DNA of 64,000 nucleotides from Nitrospirota bacterium (GCA_963749655.1 CAVVOB010000016.1:64001-128000); one strand, 5' to 3'; numbered from the stretch's first letter, positions 38,715-49,144 are shown. A program made the numbers and translations. The notes: a model not told the origin generated them from the sequence alone.

Positions 38715-40544
38715 TTATTCCACCGTCACGCTCTTCGCCAGGTTCCTCGGCTGGTCCACGTCGGCGCCGAGCAGGACCGCGATATGGTAGGCCAGCAGTT
38801 GAAGCGGTATGGACATCAGGATGGGCTGGAGCAGATGGTTCGTCGCCGGCACCGGTATCGCATGGTGGACCCGTTTCGTAATCTCGGTGTCGCCTTCGGT
38901 CGTCAGCGCAATAACGATCCCGCCCCGCGCCCTGATCTCCTCGATGTTCGCCAGGATCTTGTCGTACACGCCGTTCTTGCCCGCAAGGACGACCACCGGC
39001 AGTTTCTCGTCGATCAGCGCGATCGGCCCGTGCTTCATCTCGCCGGCGGGGTACCCTTCGGCGTGAATGTAGGATATTTCCTTCAGTTTCAGTGCGCCTT
39101 CCAGTGCAACGGGAAAATTCGGCCCTCTGCCGAGATAGAGGAAGTCCGTCGCCTTGAAATAGAGCTTCGCGATCTGCTCGATCAGTTCATTCCCCTCGAG
39201 GCAGCGCTCGACAAGGGCGGGAACGTGGACGAGATCGGCGAGCAGTTTCTTAACGTCATCGACGGTCAAAATGCCTCGCAGGCGGCCGAAGAACAGTCCG
39301 AAAAGATAGAGCGCCGTCAGCTGCGCGGTAAAGGCCTTGGTCGAGGCCACGCCGATCTCCGGTCCTGCATGGGTGTAGATGACGCCGTCCGCCTCGCGGC
39401 TTGCGGTCGATCCCACCACATTGCAGACAACGATGACCGTGGCCCCCCGCTTTTTCGCCTCCCGCATTGCCGCAAGCGTGTCGGCGGTCTCGCCGGACTG
39501 GGTGATGGCGATGAAGAGATCGTCCTTGCCTACCAGGGGTCCGCGGTAGCGGAATTCGGAAGCGATGTCCACTTCCGTCGGAACGCCGGCCAGCTCCTCG
39601 AAGAGGTACTTGCCCACGAGCCCTGCGTGCCAGGACGTTCCGCAGGCGACGATGAACACCTTCTTCATTGTCCTGAACCGCTCCTGCCCGATCCCGATCT
39701 CCTCGAGATGGATGGCCCCCGTCTCCTGGGAGATCCTGCCGCGGATCGTGTCCATGATGGCCCGCGGCTGCTCGTAAATCTCCTTGAGCATGAAATGCCG
39801 GTACCCGCCCTTCTCGGCCATGACCGGGTTCCACATGACGCGCGTGATCTCCCGGGTCACCTCCGCGCCTTGCAGGTCGGTGATCCGCACGCCCTCTCCC
39901 GAAAGGATCGCCATTTCGTCATCGTTTAAAAACAGGACGTCCCGCGTCCGGTGGAGGATGGCCGGGATGTCGGAAGCAAGGAAGAATTCGCCCATACCGA
40001 GACCGACCACGAGCGGGCTTCCCTTGCGGGCGCCGACCACGACGTCGGGATTGCGCTCATCAATGACCGCGATGGCATAGGCGCCAACCAGCTGCCGCGC
40101 CGCTTCGCGCACGGCTTCTTCCAGGCTGATGCCCTTTGCGGCGATGCTGTCGATGAGATGGGCGATAACTTCCGTGTCGGTCTCGGACTGGAACACCCTC
40201 CCGGAGGCTGCGAGGTCCTTCTTGAGCGCTGTATAGTTTTCGATGATGCCGTTATGAACCACCACGATGCTGCCGGCGCGATGCGGATGGGCGTTTTCCT
40301 CCGACGGTCGGCCGTGGGTGGCCCAGCGCACGTGTCCGACGCCGATGCATCCGGTCAGCTGCTCGCTGCGCAGCAGGGCCTCGAGATTCTGAAGCTTTCC
40401 GACGGCCCTGCGCACCTCGAACCGGTTGTTCTGCAGAACGGCAACGCCCGCCGAATCGTATCCGCGGTATTCTAGCTTCCTCAGACCTTCGATCAGGATC
40501 GGCACAGCAGGTTCTTTTCCGATATATCCGATGATGCCGCACAT
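38715..40544 (-). CDS. glmS: Glutamine-fructose-6-phosphate aminotransferase
   Basis: MCGIIGY, LEYRGYDSAG, RWATHG, QSGETADT, QPRNLAKSVTVE. Confidence 0.98.
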   Translation of the reverse strand: MCGIIGYIGKEPAVPILIEGLRKLEYRGYDSAGVAVLQNNRFEVRRAVGKLQNLEALLRSEQLTGCIGVGHVRWATHGRPSEENAHPHRAGSIVVVHNGIIENYTALKKDLAASGRVFQSETDTEVIAHLIDSIAAKGISLEEAVREAARQLVGAYAIAVIDERNPDVVVGARKGSPLVVGLGMGEFFLASDIPAILHRTRDVLFLNDDEMAILSGEGVRITDLQGAEVTREITRVMWNPVMAEKGGYRHFMLKEIYEQPRAIMDTIRGRISQETGAIHLEEIGIGQERFRTMKKVFIVACGTSWHAGLVGKYLFEELAGVPTEVDIASEFRYRGPLVGKDDLFIAITQSGETADTLAAMREAKKRGATVIVVCNVVGSTASREADGVIYTHAGPEIGVASTKAFTAQLTALYLFGLFFGRLRGILTVDDVKKLLADLVHVPALVERCLEGNELIEQIAKLYFKATDFLYLGRGPNFPVALEGALKLKEISYIHAEGYPAGEMKHGPIALIDEKLPVVVLAGKNGVYDKILANIEEIRARGGIVIALTTEGDTEITKRVHHAIPVPATNHLLQPILMSIPLQLLAYHIAVLLGADVDQPRNLAKSVTVE

Positions 40545-40596
40545 ACTCGATATACTCCATTTACCCGACGAAAAACTTGACTGAATCGTACTATTT

Positions 40597-40669
40597 GCCA
40601 CAGAGAGCACAGAGGGAAGACTTAACAAAATGGAAGATTTTCTCTGAGACTTTTGTGACTTTTTGTGGC
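40597..40669. repeat. Palindromic 9-nt-period element (CACAGAG / CTCTGTG family)
   Basis: gccacagag agcacagag ... ctctgaga cttttgtga ctttttgtggc. Confidence 0.7.
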
Positions 40670-40723
40670 CGGCAAAGATTTTTTACAGTGTCATTATATA
40701 AAAACCGGGGGCACATGCCGCGA

Positions 40724-42106
40724 TCATTTCTTCTGCTTCATTTTTCTTCTGCGGCTCGCAACCCCTTCGCGTATCTCCTGGGGCGCCCTGCTGATTCCGA
40801 GGGCGTCCGCCGGCACATCACGGGTGATCGTCGCGCCTGCCGCGATCAGCGCCCCCCGCCCGATCTTCACGGGCGCCACGAGCTGGGTGTCGCTGCCGAC
40901 GAAGACCCCGTCCTCGATAACGGTCCGGAATTTCTCGAACCCGTCGTAGTTGCAGGTGATGACGCCCGCGCCGATGTTGACGTCACGGCCCACGGTCGCG
41001 TCGCCGATGTAGGAGAGATGATTCGCCTTGCTTCCCGCGCCGATCAGCGCCTTCTTGGTCTCGACAAAATTTCCGATCCGCGCCTTCTCGCCGATCTCGC
41101 TCCCCGGCCGCAGGTGCGCAAACGGCCCGATCGACGCGCCGGACGCGATCGTGCTCTCCTCGATCACCGAGCAGTCCTTTACGGTGACGCCGGCGGCGAG
41201 CGTGCTGTCCGTTATCCGTGCGCCGGGATAGATGACGCAGAAATCGCCTATCGTCGTCGCGCCCTCCAACCGGACATCCGGATAGAGCACTACGTCGCGT
41301 CCCAGCGTTACGGCGGTCCCGACAAAAATCCGCTCGGGCGCGAGCATGGTCACGCCCTCGGCCATCCACTTCCGGTTGATCCGGAGCTGCATGACCGCTT
41401 CCGCGCGGCTGAGGTCATAGCGGGAATTCACGCCCATCACCTCGTCGGCATCTTCGCAGAGAAACGCGGCGACGGTCCTTTTCTTTTTTCGCGCCAGCCC
41501 GACCGTGTCGGGGAGGTAGTATTCTCCCTGCGCATTGTTTCGGCCAAGCCCCGTCAGGGACGACAGCAGAAATTTCGGGTCGAAGCAATAGATGCCGGCG
41601 TTGATCTCCCGGATCTTCTTCTGCGCAGCGGTCGCGTCCTTTTCCTCGACCACGCGCATGACCCCGCCCCTGCCGCGCACCACCCGTCCGTACCCGTAGG
41701 GGTTGTCGATCCGGGCGCTCACAAGCGTGACGGCGGCCCGGGATTTGCGGTGCAGTTCAAGGACGGCCCCGAGGGTTTCTTTCGTGAGCAGCGGCGTATC
41801 GGCGCACAGGATCATGACCGGTCCGCCTGCCGCTGCGATGGCTTCCCGCGCCTGCATCACCGCGTGGCCGGTTCCGAGCTGTTCTGCCTGGAAAACGAAT
41901 TCGACGCCCGCGTCACCCAGCGCCTCCCTGACCCGGTCCGCCTGGTGTCCCAGGACGAGGACGGTCTTTTCCGGCCCGATTCCCTCGGCTGCGCTCAGAA
42001 CGTGCCGCGCCATGGGAAGGCCGGCAACGGGATGAAGGGCCTTGGCTGTCGCGGACTTCATTCGCGTGCCGAGCCCCGCGGCTAGAATGACGACGGTCGG
42101 CTTCAC
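40724..42106 (-). CDS. glmU: Bifunctional UDP-GlcNAc pyrophosphorylase / glucosamine-1-P acetyltransferase
   Basis: LAAGLGTRMKS, QLGTGHA, hexapeptide repeats, HLSYIGDA, CNYDG. Confidence 0.97.
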   Translation of the reverse strand: MKPTVVILAAGLGTRMKSATAKALHPVAGLPMARHVLSAAEGIGPEKTVLVLGHQADRVREALGDAGVEFVFQAEQLGTGHAVMQAREAIAAAGGPVMILCADTPLLTKETLGAVLELHRKSRAAVTLVSARIDNPYGYGRVVRGRGGVMRVVEEKDATAAQKKIREINAGIYCFDPKFLLSSLTGLGRNNAQGEYYLPDTVGLARKKKRTVAAFLCEDADEVMGVNSRYDLSRAEAVMQLRINRKWMAEGVTMLAPERIFVGTAVTLGRDVVLYPDVRLEGATTIGDFCVIYPGARITDSTLAAGVTVKDCSVIEESTIASGASIGPFAHLRPGSEIGEKARIGNFVETKKALIGAGSKANHLSYIGDATVGRDVNIGAGVITCNYDGFEKFRTVIEDGVFVGSDTQLVAPVKIGRGALIAAGATITRDVPADALGISRAPQEIREGVASRRRKMKQKK

Positions 42107-42736
42107 TTAGACGGCCTCCGGTGAAGGACGTTTCAATTTGGCTGCCTGCTCTTCGTCAAGGGGAACCAGTCCCAGCGAAATGATGAACTTCATCCCCTGT
42201 TCCACGGACATATCGAGCCGCACGACCTCGGCCTCGGGCAAAAGAAGGAGAAAACCCGCCGTGGGATTAGGCGTTGTGGGTACGAAAACCGTAACGAACC
42301 TGCCCGAAAGATTGACTGCCGTGCCGTCGAGGGTGCCGGTCATAAATCCGATGCTCCAGCACCCTTTCCGCGGATATTCGACAAGACCGACTCCGTGAAA
42401 CTGCTGTTTCAGCGAAAAGGTCTCCATGACCTGCTTGACCGTGAAGTACACGCCACGGACAAGGGGCACCTTGTGCAGGAGCTCGTCGCCCACCGTGACG
42501 ATCTTACGCCCCAAATAATTTGTGAAGAGAATGCCGACGAGCAGCACGAGGATGACCAGCGTGATGATGCCCATGCCGGGAATCCGGTGGCCCAGAACAT
42601 AGGCCGGCAGGTCAGCCACGATTCCGTCAATGACGCCGAGGAGTGCTTTCAGGACATAGTAAGTCGCCCATACCGGCACGATGACGAACAGGCCGGTGAT
42701 GAAATATTTTTTAAAAAAACTCCTGATTTTCTTCAC
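42107..42736 (-). CDS. DUF502 membrane protein
   Basis: FITGL, KVPLVRGVY, VEYPRKG, VFVPTTPNPT. Confidence 0.9.
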   Translation of the reverse strand: MKKIRSFFKKYFITGLFVIVPVWATYYVLKALLGVIDGIVADLPAYVLGHRIPGMGIITLVILVLLVGILFTNYLGRKIVTVGDELLHKVPLVRGVYFTVKQVMETFSLKQQFHGVGLVEYPRKGCWSIGFMTGTLDGTAVNLSGRFVTVFVPTTPNPTAGFLLLLPEAEVVRLDMSVEQGMKFIISLGLVPLDEEQAAKLKRPSPEAV

Positions 42737-42910
42737 GTTTGCAATATTACTGATTTTACCGGGTCGTTGCAAGCTTTTTTTCGGAATCGCCCCCGTATCC
42801 TTCTGTTTTTACGGGATGAACCGGCATCTCGCGGCTGGATCGAACAACCTGTCTGTCGGGAAGGCGCTCTGAGGCGGTTGGAGCGGCACGCGAAGGTCGA
42901 ACAACGCCGG

Positions 42911-43414
42911 TCACCAGGTGTTGTAGGCCGTGCCGTCGAGGGCCACGAGGGGACTTGCGCTGTGTACGTCGAATATCCCGCTTTCCTCGCCCTGCGGTGC
43001 GACCGTGATCCAGTCCTTTGCATTGGTGATCGGGTCCTTCGGGATCTCGCGCAGGTAGCTTCTCGAACGGTCCTGGGCGCTGATGAGGTCTTCCAGAACG
43101 TTGGGATACTTGCTGTTGTCGGCATAGTACTGGTCGATTGCATCGCGCAGCTGATACAGATCTTCCATGAGCACAGTCTCACGCGCCCGGACCAGGGACT
43201 GTTTGAAGCTCGGCTGCGCAATCGTGATCAGGATGCCCATGATCGCCAGCACGATCATGAGCTCTATAAGCGTGAAGCCCTTCGTATTCGGAATGCCCCG
43301 ATCGAGTCGGGACAGGCTCCCTGCGGAATGCGGAATGGCAGTGCCGCAATCCGTCCTCTGGTGCACGCCGGCAGCGCATCGCCCCTGTCGTTCATTTGTC
43401 ATGAGAAAGTTCAC
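42911..43414 (-). CDS. Type II secretion pseudopilin (OxpG-like)
   Basis: KGFTLIELMIV prepilin motif; RARETVL.EDL..LRDAIDQYYAD; YLREIPKDPIT. Confidence 0.85.
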   Translation of the reverse strand: MNFLMTNERQGRCAAGVHQRTDCGTAIPHSAGSLSRLDRGIPNTKGFTLIELMIVLAIMGILITIAQPSFKQSLVRARETVLMEDLYQLRDAIDQYYADNSKYPNVLEDLISAQDRSRSYLREIPKDPITNAKDWITVAPQGEESGIFDVHSASPLVALDGTAYNTW

Positions 43415-43418
43415 TCAT

Positions 43419-43925
43419 TCACCACGTCTTGTACTGCGTCCCGTCCAGCGCGACCTTTCGCTCTTGGAATAGACGTCAAACACATTGTCGCCGCCCCACT
43501 CGGTTGAATCCGGCTCATCGCCGTAGGAACGCAGCCCCCAGTTGTTCGGCTTGTCCTGTCCTGCTCCGGCGCCATCATGGGGTCGCGCGGTATCCTGCGC
43601 AGATATTTCTTCGTTTTGTCCACTGCCGCCTGCCAGTCTTCAGCGGTTCGATCAGCTGTTCAAGCGACTCGGGATAGTTAGTCCCGCTCGGTCTTGCAGT
43701 AATCCGTAGCGATCGTTTCTTCTCCGTACGCAGTCCTTCTTGAACGCATCGATGGCATTGCGCAGGATCCTGAGGTCGCTCCGCAGTTCCATCTCCCGGA
43801 CCCGCTTCACGGTCATGCGCGAAAGCGGCATTGCCGCGGCCAGGATCCCAGGATCGCGATCACGACCAGCAGCTCTATGAGGGTAAGCTGCCTTCCGTTC
43901 CCATCCAGCGTTCCGCTTTGCCCAT
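43419..43925 (-). CDS. Type II secretion pseudopilin (PulG-like); frameshifted
   Basis: TLIELLVVIAILG, VKRVREMELRSDLRILRNAIDAF, KKYLRRIPRDPM, WGLRSY, NVFDVYS. Confidence 0.8.
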
Positions 43926-43949
43926 GCGCTCACCCGTCCGGGAAAGGCA

Positions 43950-46349
43950 CCCGCGTTCTTGACGGTGATACTTCGCTCCCTCGTGAGCCCCTCGTATCGG
44001 CCTTGATCGGCTCCCGGTTGAAATTCGTCAGCTTGACGCTCTCGATGGCTTATTTCGCCGCACCTCCTGATTTGCTCTGGAATACGAGCGTGCCCAGGCT
44101 TCCGACGCCGTTCACGCCGCCCACATCGCCGATGCGCGTCATGTAGACGTCCACCGTCCCCGCCTTGATGTTGTTCGAGAACAGGAAGGAGGTCTGCTGG
44201 CCGTCCTTTTTCAGCAGCGCCCCTTCGCTCGCGGTCTTGAATTCCGTGATCTTTGGGATCATAGCCGAGCGTGATGATGGCGCCGTAGAGGTTCTTGACG
44301 GCGCTCACGGCGAAAGCTCAAACGCGGGTCCTGCCCCACGCCTGACGTGCGACTTCAGCCGGCTTCATTTCTCACCGGTCACGCCGTCTGCGGCCGGAGG
44401 GGTCGGCTGTTGCGCCGCGAGCGGTTGCGAGCCTGCGCGGCTTCACCGGCTTGTGCCGCAGCCCGCGGCTCCCGCTTTGCCAGGGATTCAAGGACCGCGG
44501 TCTTGTCAACGGCCTTTTCCGACGGGCTTGGAGCTCTTCCCCGACGTGGTGACGAAGAGCGGCTTCGTATCGTAGGCTTCCTCGGTCCCTGACCAGAAAT
44601 TCTGCGTGTCCTTGTCCGGGATCTCCATGGTCCGGACGATATTCGGCGTGATGGACATGAGGATGTCGGTCTTGATCGTGCCGTCGTCCGTCGGAGGAGA
44701 AGAGCTTGCCCAGGATCGGGATGTCGCCGAGCATCGGGATCTTGATCCGGCTCTTGCGCTCCTCGTCCTTGATCAGCCCGCCGATGATCACGGTTTCGCC
44801 GTCCCGAAGGTTGATGACGTGTCCGTGTTCCGCGTGCCGAACTTGTACTGTTTCTGGCCGTTGCCGAAATCAAGCGCATCTCCGAGCGTGCTGATCTCGA
44901 GGCCCATCTTGAGCGTCACCGTGTTGTTGAGATGGATCGTCGGATCGATGTTCAGCTTGATGCCGACATCCTTGTACTCGAAGTTCGAGGTCGACCGCGA
45001 CGGCGATCGTGGACTGGACGATCGAGGTCTGTATCGGGATCTTGTCGCCGATATGGAACTTGGCCGGCTTGTTGTTCAGCACCCGCACCCGGGGATTGGC
45101 CAGGGTCTGGGCGTCGGAGTCCTGCTTGATCAGGTTCACCACCACGCTCGGCAGCGTCAGGAACACGTTCTTGCTGGAGAGGTTCCCCAGGTCGCTCAGG
45201 GCGATGCCGGAGGTCGAGGTATTGACTGCACCGGTGGAGTCGGTGGTCTGGACCGTGGCCGTCGTTGAAAACCCGGCAGAGCCGCTTTGGAAATTCCAGC
45301 CGTACTTCAGCGCGTTGCTGCGCGAGATTTCGAGGATCTCGACATCGAGGATGACCTCCGCCTTCCTTGAGGTCGTTCGCCGCGATCATCTTCTCGACGA
45401 GCTTGATCTTTTCGGGCGTATCGCGGATGGTGATGGAGTTCAGGATCTCGTTTACGTACACCTTCTTGACGTCGAGCATGGACCGGAGCAGGTTGACGAT
45501 CTCCTTGGACTTCGCGTTGTTGAGGTAGAAGGTCTTCACCATCAGGTCCTGGTACTGGTCCGTCTTGGACTTGTTCTTGGGGATGATGATGATCGTGTCG
45601 GCGCTGATCTTTTTCATGAAGAGCTTGTTCGTCGACAGCAGGAGGTTCAGCGCGTACTGGAACGACACGTCCTTGACAAAGACGGTGACGGGCTGGGCCT
45701 TGACCTCCTCGTCGAACAGAATATTGATGCCCGACGAGCTTGGCGAGAAATTCGAAGACGTCCTTGATGTTCGTGTTCTTGAAGTTCAGCGTAATGGGCT
45801 TGTCCGACGCAAGGGTCAGCGCGTCTTCGGGCTCCGTCTCGGTCTTCTGTTTCTGCAGTTTGTCGAGGGCATCGTGGTACTTGACGTTCTCCGGGTCAAG
45901 GTCGACGGCCTGGTTCAGCTCGTTGATCGCCTCGCTGAGCCTTGCCCAGCTCCGAGAACGTAAGCGACGCCCGGTAGTGCTCCTCGGCCTGTTTCATGTC
46001 GAGCGACCGATTTGAGCGCGCTCTGGATCGCCGCGTTGGACGGATTCAGGAACAGGGCCTGCTGCAGCTCGACGATGGCCTGGTCGAGTTTGCGTTCCTT
46101 CATGAAGGAGCGGGCCCTCTTGATAATGCTGGTTCGCCGCCGTTTCCTCTGCGCGGATCAGCGCCGACCGGTATTCAATGTCGTGGGGATCGCCTGCTTG
46201 TTGGCCTCACGGTACTCCTTGACCGCAAGGTCCCATTCGCCGCGCTGGGCATAGCGCTCGCCGCGCTGGAATGCGCGGGAACCGGTACAGCTCATGAGCG
46301 CCGCGGCCAGCACGATCACCAGGGCCTGCAGCATGACTCTCTTCATCAT
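43950..46349 (-). CDS. Secretin (GspD/PulQ-like) lipoprotein with TPR N-terminus and C-terminal cohesin-like domain; heavily frameshifted
   Basis: Lipobox LMSC; ITLNFKNT; KTFYL; QTLANPRVRVLN..A.FHIGDKIPI; IIGGLI..EER...KIPMLGDIPILGKLFS; cohesin-like YDPK...G.GSL.TLVF. Confidence 0.85.
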
Positions 46350-46413
46350 CAGCCTCCTCGCCTTTTCTGTGTCCGTCCGGAGATCGCGGCCGCAGGCCGC
46401 CGTCCCGTCTTCC

Positions 46414-47040
46414 CTACCGTCGGCCGGGCGTCGGCCGGAGCGGCTGCTGCTGGGCGCCTTCACTCCCCGAGAGTTCGATGCGCACTTCTACGCGCGTCAC
46501 CGTATCGAGCAGGACAACGGAGTCCCTGCCGGCTTCCTTCACCTGGTAATTGCCGAGCAGCCGGTCTCCGCTCTTCACAATGAAAAGCTCGCCGTCCTTG
46601 GACAGAAAGAGCGTATTGTCCTTATCAGTCAGATATCCCAGAAAACGAAACTTCGCCAGGTCGGCGCGCGCCAGGTCCGCGGCGATCTGTTCAGGAGTCT
46701 TTTCGGGGATCGTCGAAGTCGGCGCCGTGAAAAGGGGCTTCGAGATCACCGCCTTTTTCGGTTTCGGGGGCGCCGGGTTTTCCATCCTGAAGATGTCGCG
46801 CGACACGCCGGGGAAGCGTTCCTCCCGCTTTGCAATGAAGACATTCAGGGGGTCCGCGCGGGTGCCGGCCGCAGCCAGTCCTTCGCGCACCGCGGAGCGG
46901 GCAACGGAGCCGGGCGGATAGGCGAGCGGCGCTGTGCGCGGTTTTTCATCGGTCATGATGCGGTAGACGATGAGGATCGCGAGGACCGCCAGCAGCACGA
47001 TCAGCGCCGTTTTTTCCCGGTTCCGGGTCAGGTCTGCCAT
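46414..47040 (-). CDS. T2SS/T4P accessory protein (PulP/PilP position)
   Basis: N-terminal TM, RDIF, FRFLGYL, LFLSKDGELFIVKSGD; gene context. Confidence 0.65.
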   Translation of the reverse strand: MADLTRNREKTALIVLLAVLAILIVYRIMTDEKPRTAPLAYPPGSVARSAVREGLAAAGTRADPLNVFIAKREERFPGVSRDIFRMENPAPPKPKKAVISKPLFTAPTSTIPEKTPEQIAADLARADLAKFRFLGYLTDKDNTLFLSKDGELFIVKSGDRLLGNYQVKEAGRDSVVLLDTVTRVEVRIELSGSEGAQQQPLRPTPGRR

Positions 47041-47045
47041 CTCCC

Positions 47046-47591
47046 TCACAGCCCCTTGACGTAGGTCACGAGTTTCATCTCGAGCTTCACCGATCCCTTA
47101 TCGCCGTCCATTTTAAGGTTCTGAATTCCGACGAGCCGGTCCGAGGTCTCCACTTCGAACACGAACCGTTTGATGTCGGGATACCGTCCCTCGGCGGGAA
47201 AGGAAAACGACAGCAGCGCGAGTTCTTCGCCCGCCCGTTTGGGTATGTCGTACTTGACCGATGACACGCCAAGACGCAGCCCCTTCGCGGTCTGGACGAG
47301 GTCCTTGACCAGGAGCGGCATGTCCTTTTGAGCAGGGATCCCGGCTACGATTCCGGCAAAATCCGCCTTCTGCTTCGCGAAAAGGACCGCTTCGGTGTGC
47401 CGTTTCCGAAGATCGCGGTACTGCGACTCGGTCGAAGCCAGCTGCGCAGCCGACGGAGCGACCGCCAGGGCGTACAGCAGCAGGTCCGCGATGAAAAGCG
47501 CGCTGAAGACCAGCACTGCCGTCCGGAGCCGCTTACTTTGTCCCTTGAGCCACGCCGGTGCGTTTATGCCCGCGATAGACGGCAACCACAT
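47046..47591 (-). CDS. PilO/PulO-like inner-membrane assembly protein
   Basis: TM + coiled coil + GRYPDIKRFVFEVE; start uncertain. Confidence 0.75.
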   Translation of the reverse strand: MWLPSIAGINAPAWLKGQSKRLRTAVLVFSALFIADLLLYALAVAPSAAQLASTESQYRDLRKRHTEAVLFAKQKADFAGIVAGIPAQKDMPLLVKDLVQTAKGLRLGVSSVKYDIPKRAGEELALLSFSFPAEGRYPDIKRFVFEVETSDRLVGIQNLKMDGDKGSVKLEMKLVTYVKGL

Positions 47592-48078
47592 TGAACGATA
47601 TGATCCCTTTCTCGATCGATTGATGTTTGAGGAGCGGGTCCTGGAAGGCATCGGATTTTTCGAGGCCCACAACAAGGTTGCGCAGCGCCTCGGGCGACTG
47701 CGCCTTGCCGTCCAGCGTCAAGGAGCGGCCGGTCGGGTTGAAATCCACCTTGGTCAGGGCCACGCCGACCGGGACCACGCCTTCGATGCTCGTCAGCAGC
47801 CCGGTCCAGGAAAATTTTCGCGCCTCCAGCAGCCCCGTCATGGAGTCCAGGTCCTTTACCAGCTTTTCCCGCTCCCCCATCAGGGTTTTTGCCCCTGTGT
47901 CGGACGCCCCTGCATCGCGCACCTTCTGCTGCGCCGCCGACAGCTCCGCGCGCAGGGAAGCGGTCTTCCAGACCATGCCGCCTGCGATGAGGAAGAGAAG
48001 GAGGACCCCTCCGGCAAGCGCCTGCAGCGTCCTCTCCATTGCCCGATAATTCCTGCTCGCAAAATTGACCGGAATCAC
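47533..48078 (-). CDS. PilN/PulN-like protein
   Basis: VNFAS N-terminal motif, TM, FSWTGLLTSIEGVVPVGV. Confidence 0.8.
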   Translation of the reverse strand: MIPVNFASRNYRAMERTLQALAGGVLLLFLIAGGMVWKTASLRAELSAAQQKVRDAGASDTGAKTLMGEREKLVKDLDSMTGLLEARKFSWTGLLTSIEGVVPVGVALTKVDFNPTGRSLTLDGKAQSPEALRNLVVGLEKSDAFQDPLLKHQSIEKGIISFNVVAVYRGHKRTGVAQGTK

Positions 48079-49007
48079 AGCACCCTCCCCGCTCCCAGCG
48101 CGGCTGCCAGGGACAGCGCCCCTTCCGGCCGAGAAACACCGGAGATCATGTCAGAGGGGGAAAGGACCTCCACGCCCAATGAAGTAACGGCGCTCAGCCC
48201 ATCGACCAGATCGCGGGGCAGATCCGATTCCCCGCTCAGGTAGAGGTGTTTCAGCTCCGAGGTCTGCGTACGGTCCATATGGGAATAAAAATGGAGCGAG
48301 TCTTCGATCTCGCGTTCGAATCTGGCTTTGATGTCGTCCGTGCTGCCGCGCTTCACTTCCTTGAAGCGGTAGAAACGGGTGCCCCCCCGCTCCTTGACGA
48401 TCAGCGCGAAGGAATCCTCGGTCAGGTGGACCAGGGCGAGCACCGAAGTCTTTTTCGACAGGAACGGCAGGTAGAAGCTCAGGATATGAAAGGAAGACGG
48501 CCCCACGCGCCAAGGCTCGAGGCCAGCGTCCATGAGCGCCTGCTCGTACTGCTCGATAACCGCTTTCTTCGCCACACAGGCAAGGACGGTGAATCCGTTT
48601 TCCCCGCGCTTCAGGACCTGAAAGCGGAGCGTCGTGTTGGACAGGTCGTAGGCCGCTGCTTTGTCGAGACGCCAGCGGATGAGCCGGTCCCGCTCCGAAG
48701 GCCTCGTCGGCAGCTCGTCAAAATCGAGCGTCTGGACGCGAAAAACGCTGTCGGGAAGGCTCAGGGCCGCTCTCCGGAACGTCCGGCCGGCCCGGGACAG
48801 GGATTCCCGAAGCACAGCCATCAGACCGTTCACATCGAGGATATTGGGCGAACCGAAGCTCGTGGACACCATGCCGGCTGCCAGCGACGCAGTTACGGAG
48901 AAGGGGACTGAAACATCCCCGCCAGCCGCAGACAAGCCGGCAAGGCGCATCTCTGAACCGGTTATTTCAATTCCCAGGGAAGGTTTTCTCTCAAGAATCC
49001 GCAGCAT
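48075..49007 (-). CDS. PilM/PulM-like actin-fold assembly protein
   Basis: SLGIEI, LSLPD, LYLSG, LAAALGAG. Confidence 0.75.
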   Translation of the reverse strand: MLRILERKPSLGIEITGSEMRLAGLSAAGGDVSVPFSVTASLAAGMVSTSFGSPNILDVNGLMAVLRESLSRAGRTFRRAALSLPDSVFRVQTLDFDELPTRPSERDRLIRWRLDKAAAYDLSNTTLRFQVLKRGENGFTVLACVAKKAVIEQYEQALMDAGLEPWRVGPSSFHILSFYLPFLSKKTSVLALVHLTEDSFALIVKERGGTRFYRFKEVKRGSTDDIKARFEREIEDSLHFYSHMDRTQTSELKHLYLSGESDLPRDLVDGLSAVTSLGVEVLSPSDMISGVSRPEGALSLAAALGAGRVL

Positions 49008-49014
49008 TCCGCGT

Positions 49015-49043
49015 ATATTAACAAGGTGTGAGGGGGATGTCAA
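49015..49043 (-). promoter_or_regulatory. Sigma70 promoter giving a leaderless pulM transcript
   Basis: TTGACA-N17-TAATAT-N7-ATG with no SD. Confidence 0.65.
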
Positions 49044-49144
49044 TTACTAATGCAAATACGATCAGGGGCCGACTGCCGCGAGGCATGGAACAGGGCTTTT
49101 CTTCCGCGGAAAAAGAGCTGCGAAAGGCTCGGCACAGAGGTCTG

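Noticed and set aside
40545-40723. glmS ribozyme upstream of glmS
   Set aside because: No AGCGCC core is present, and the gap is occupied by the CACAGAG element.
32318-42085. Long plus-strand ORFs (32318-33664, 38685-39929, 40577-42085)
   Set aside because: They are antisense shadows of gatB, glmS and glmU, expected in GC-rich sequence, and carry no motifs.
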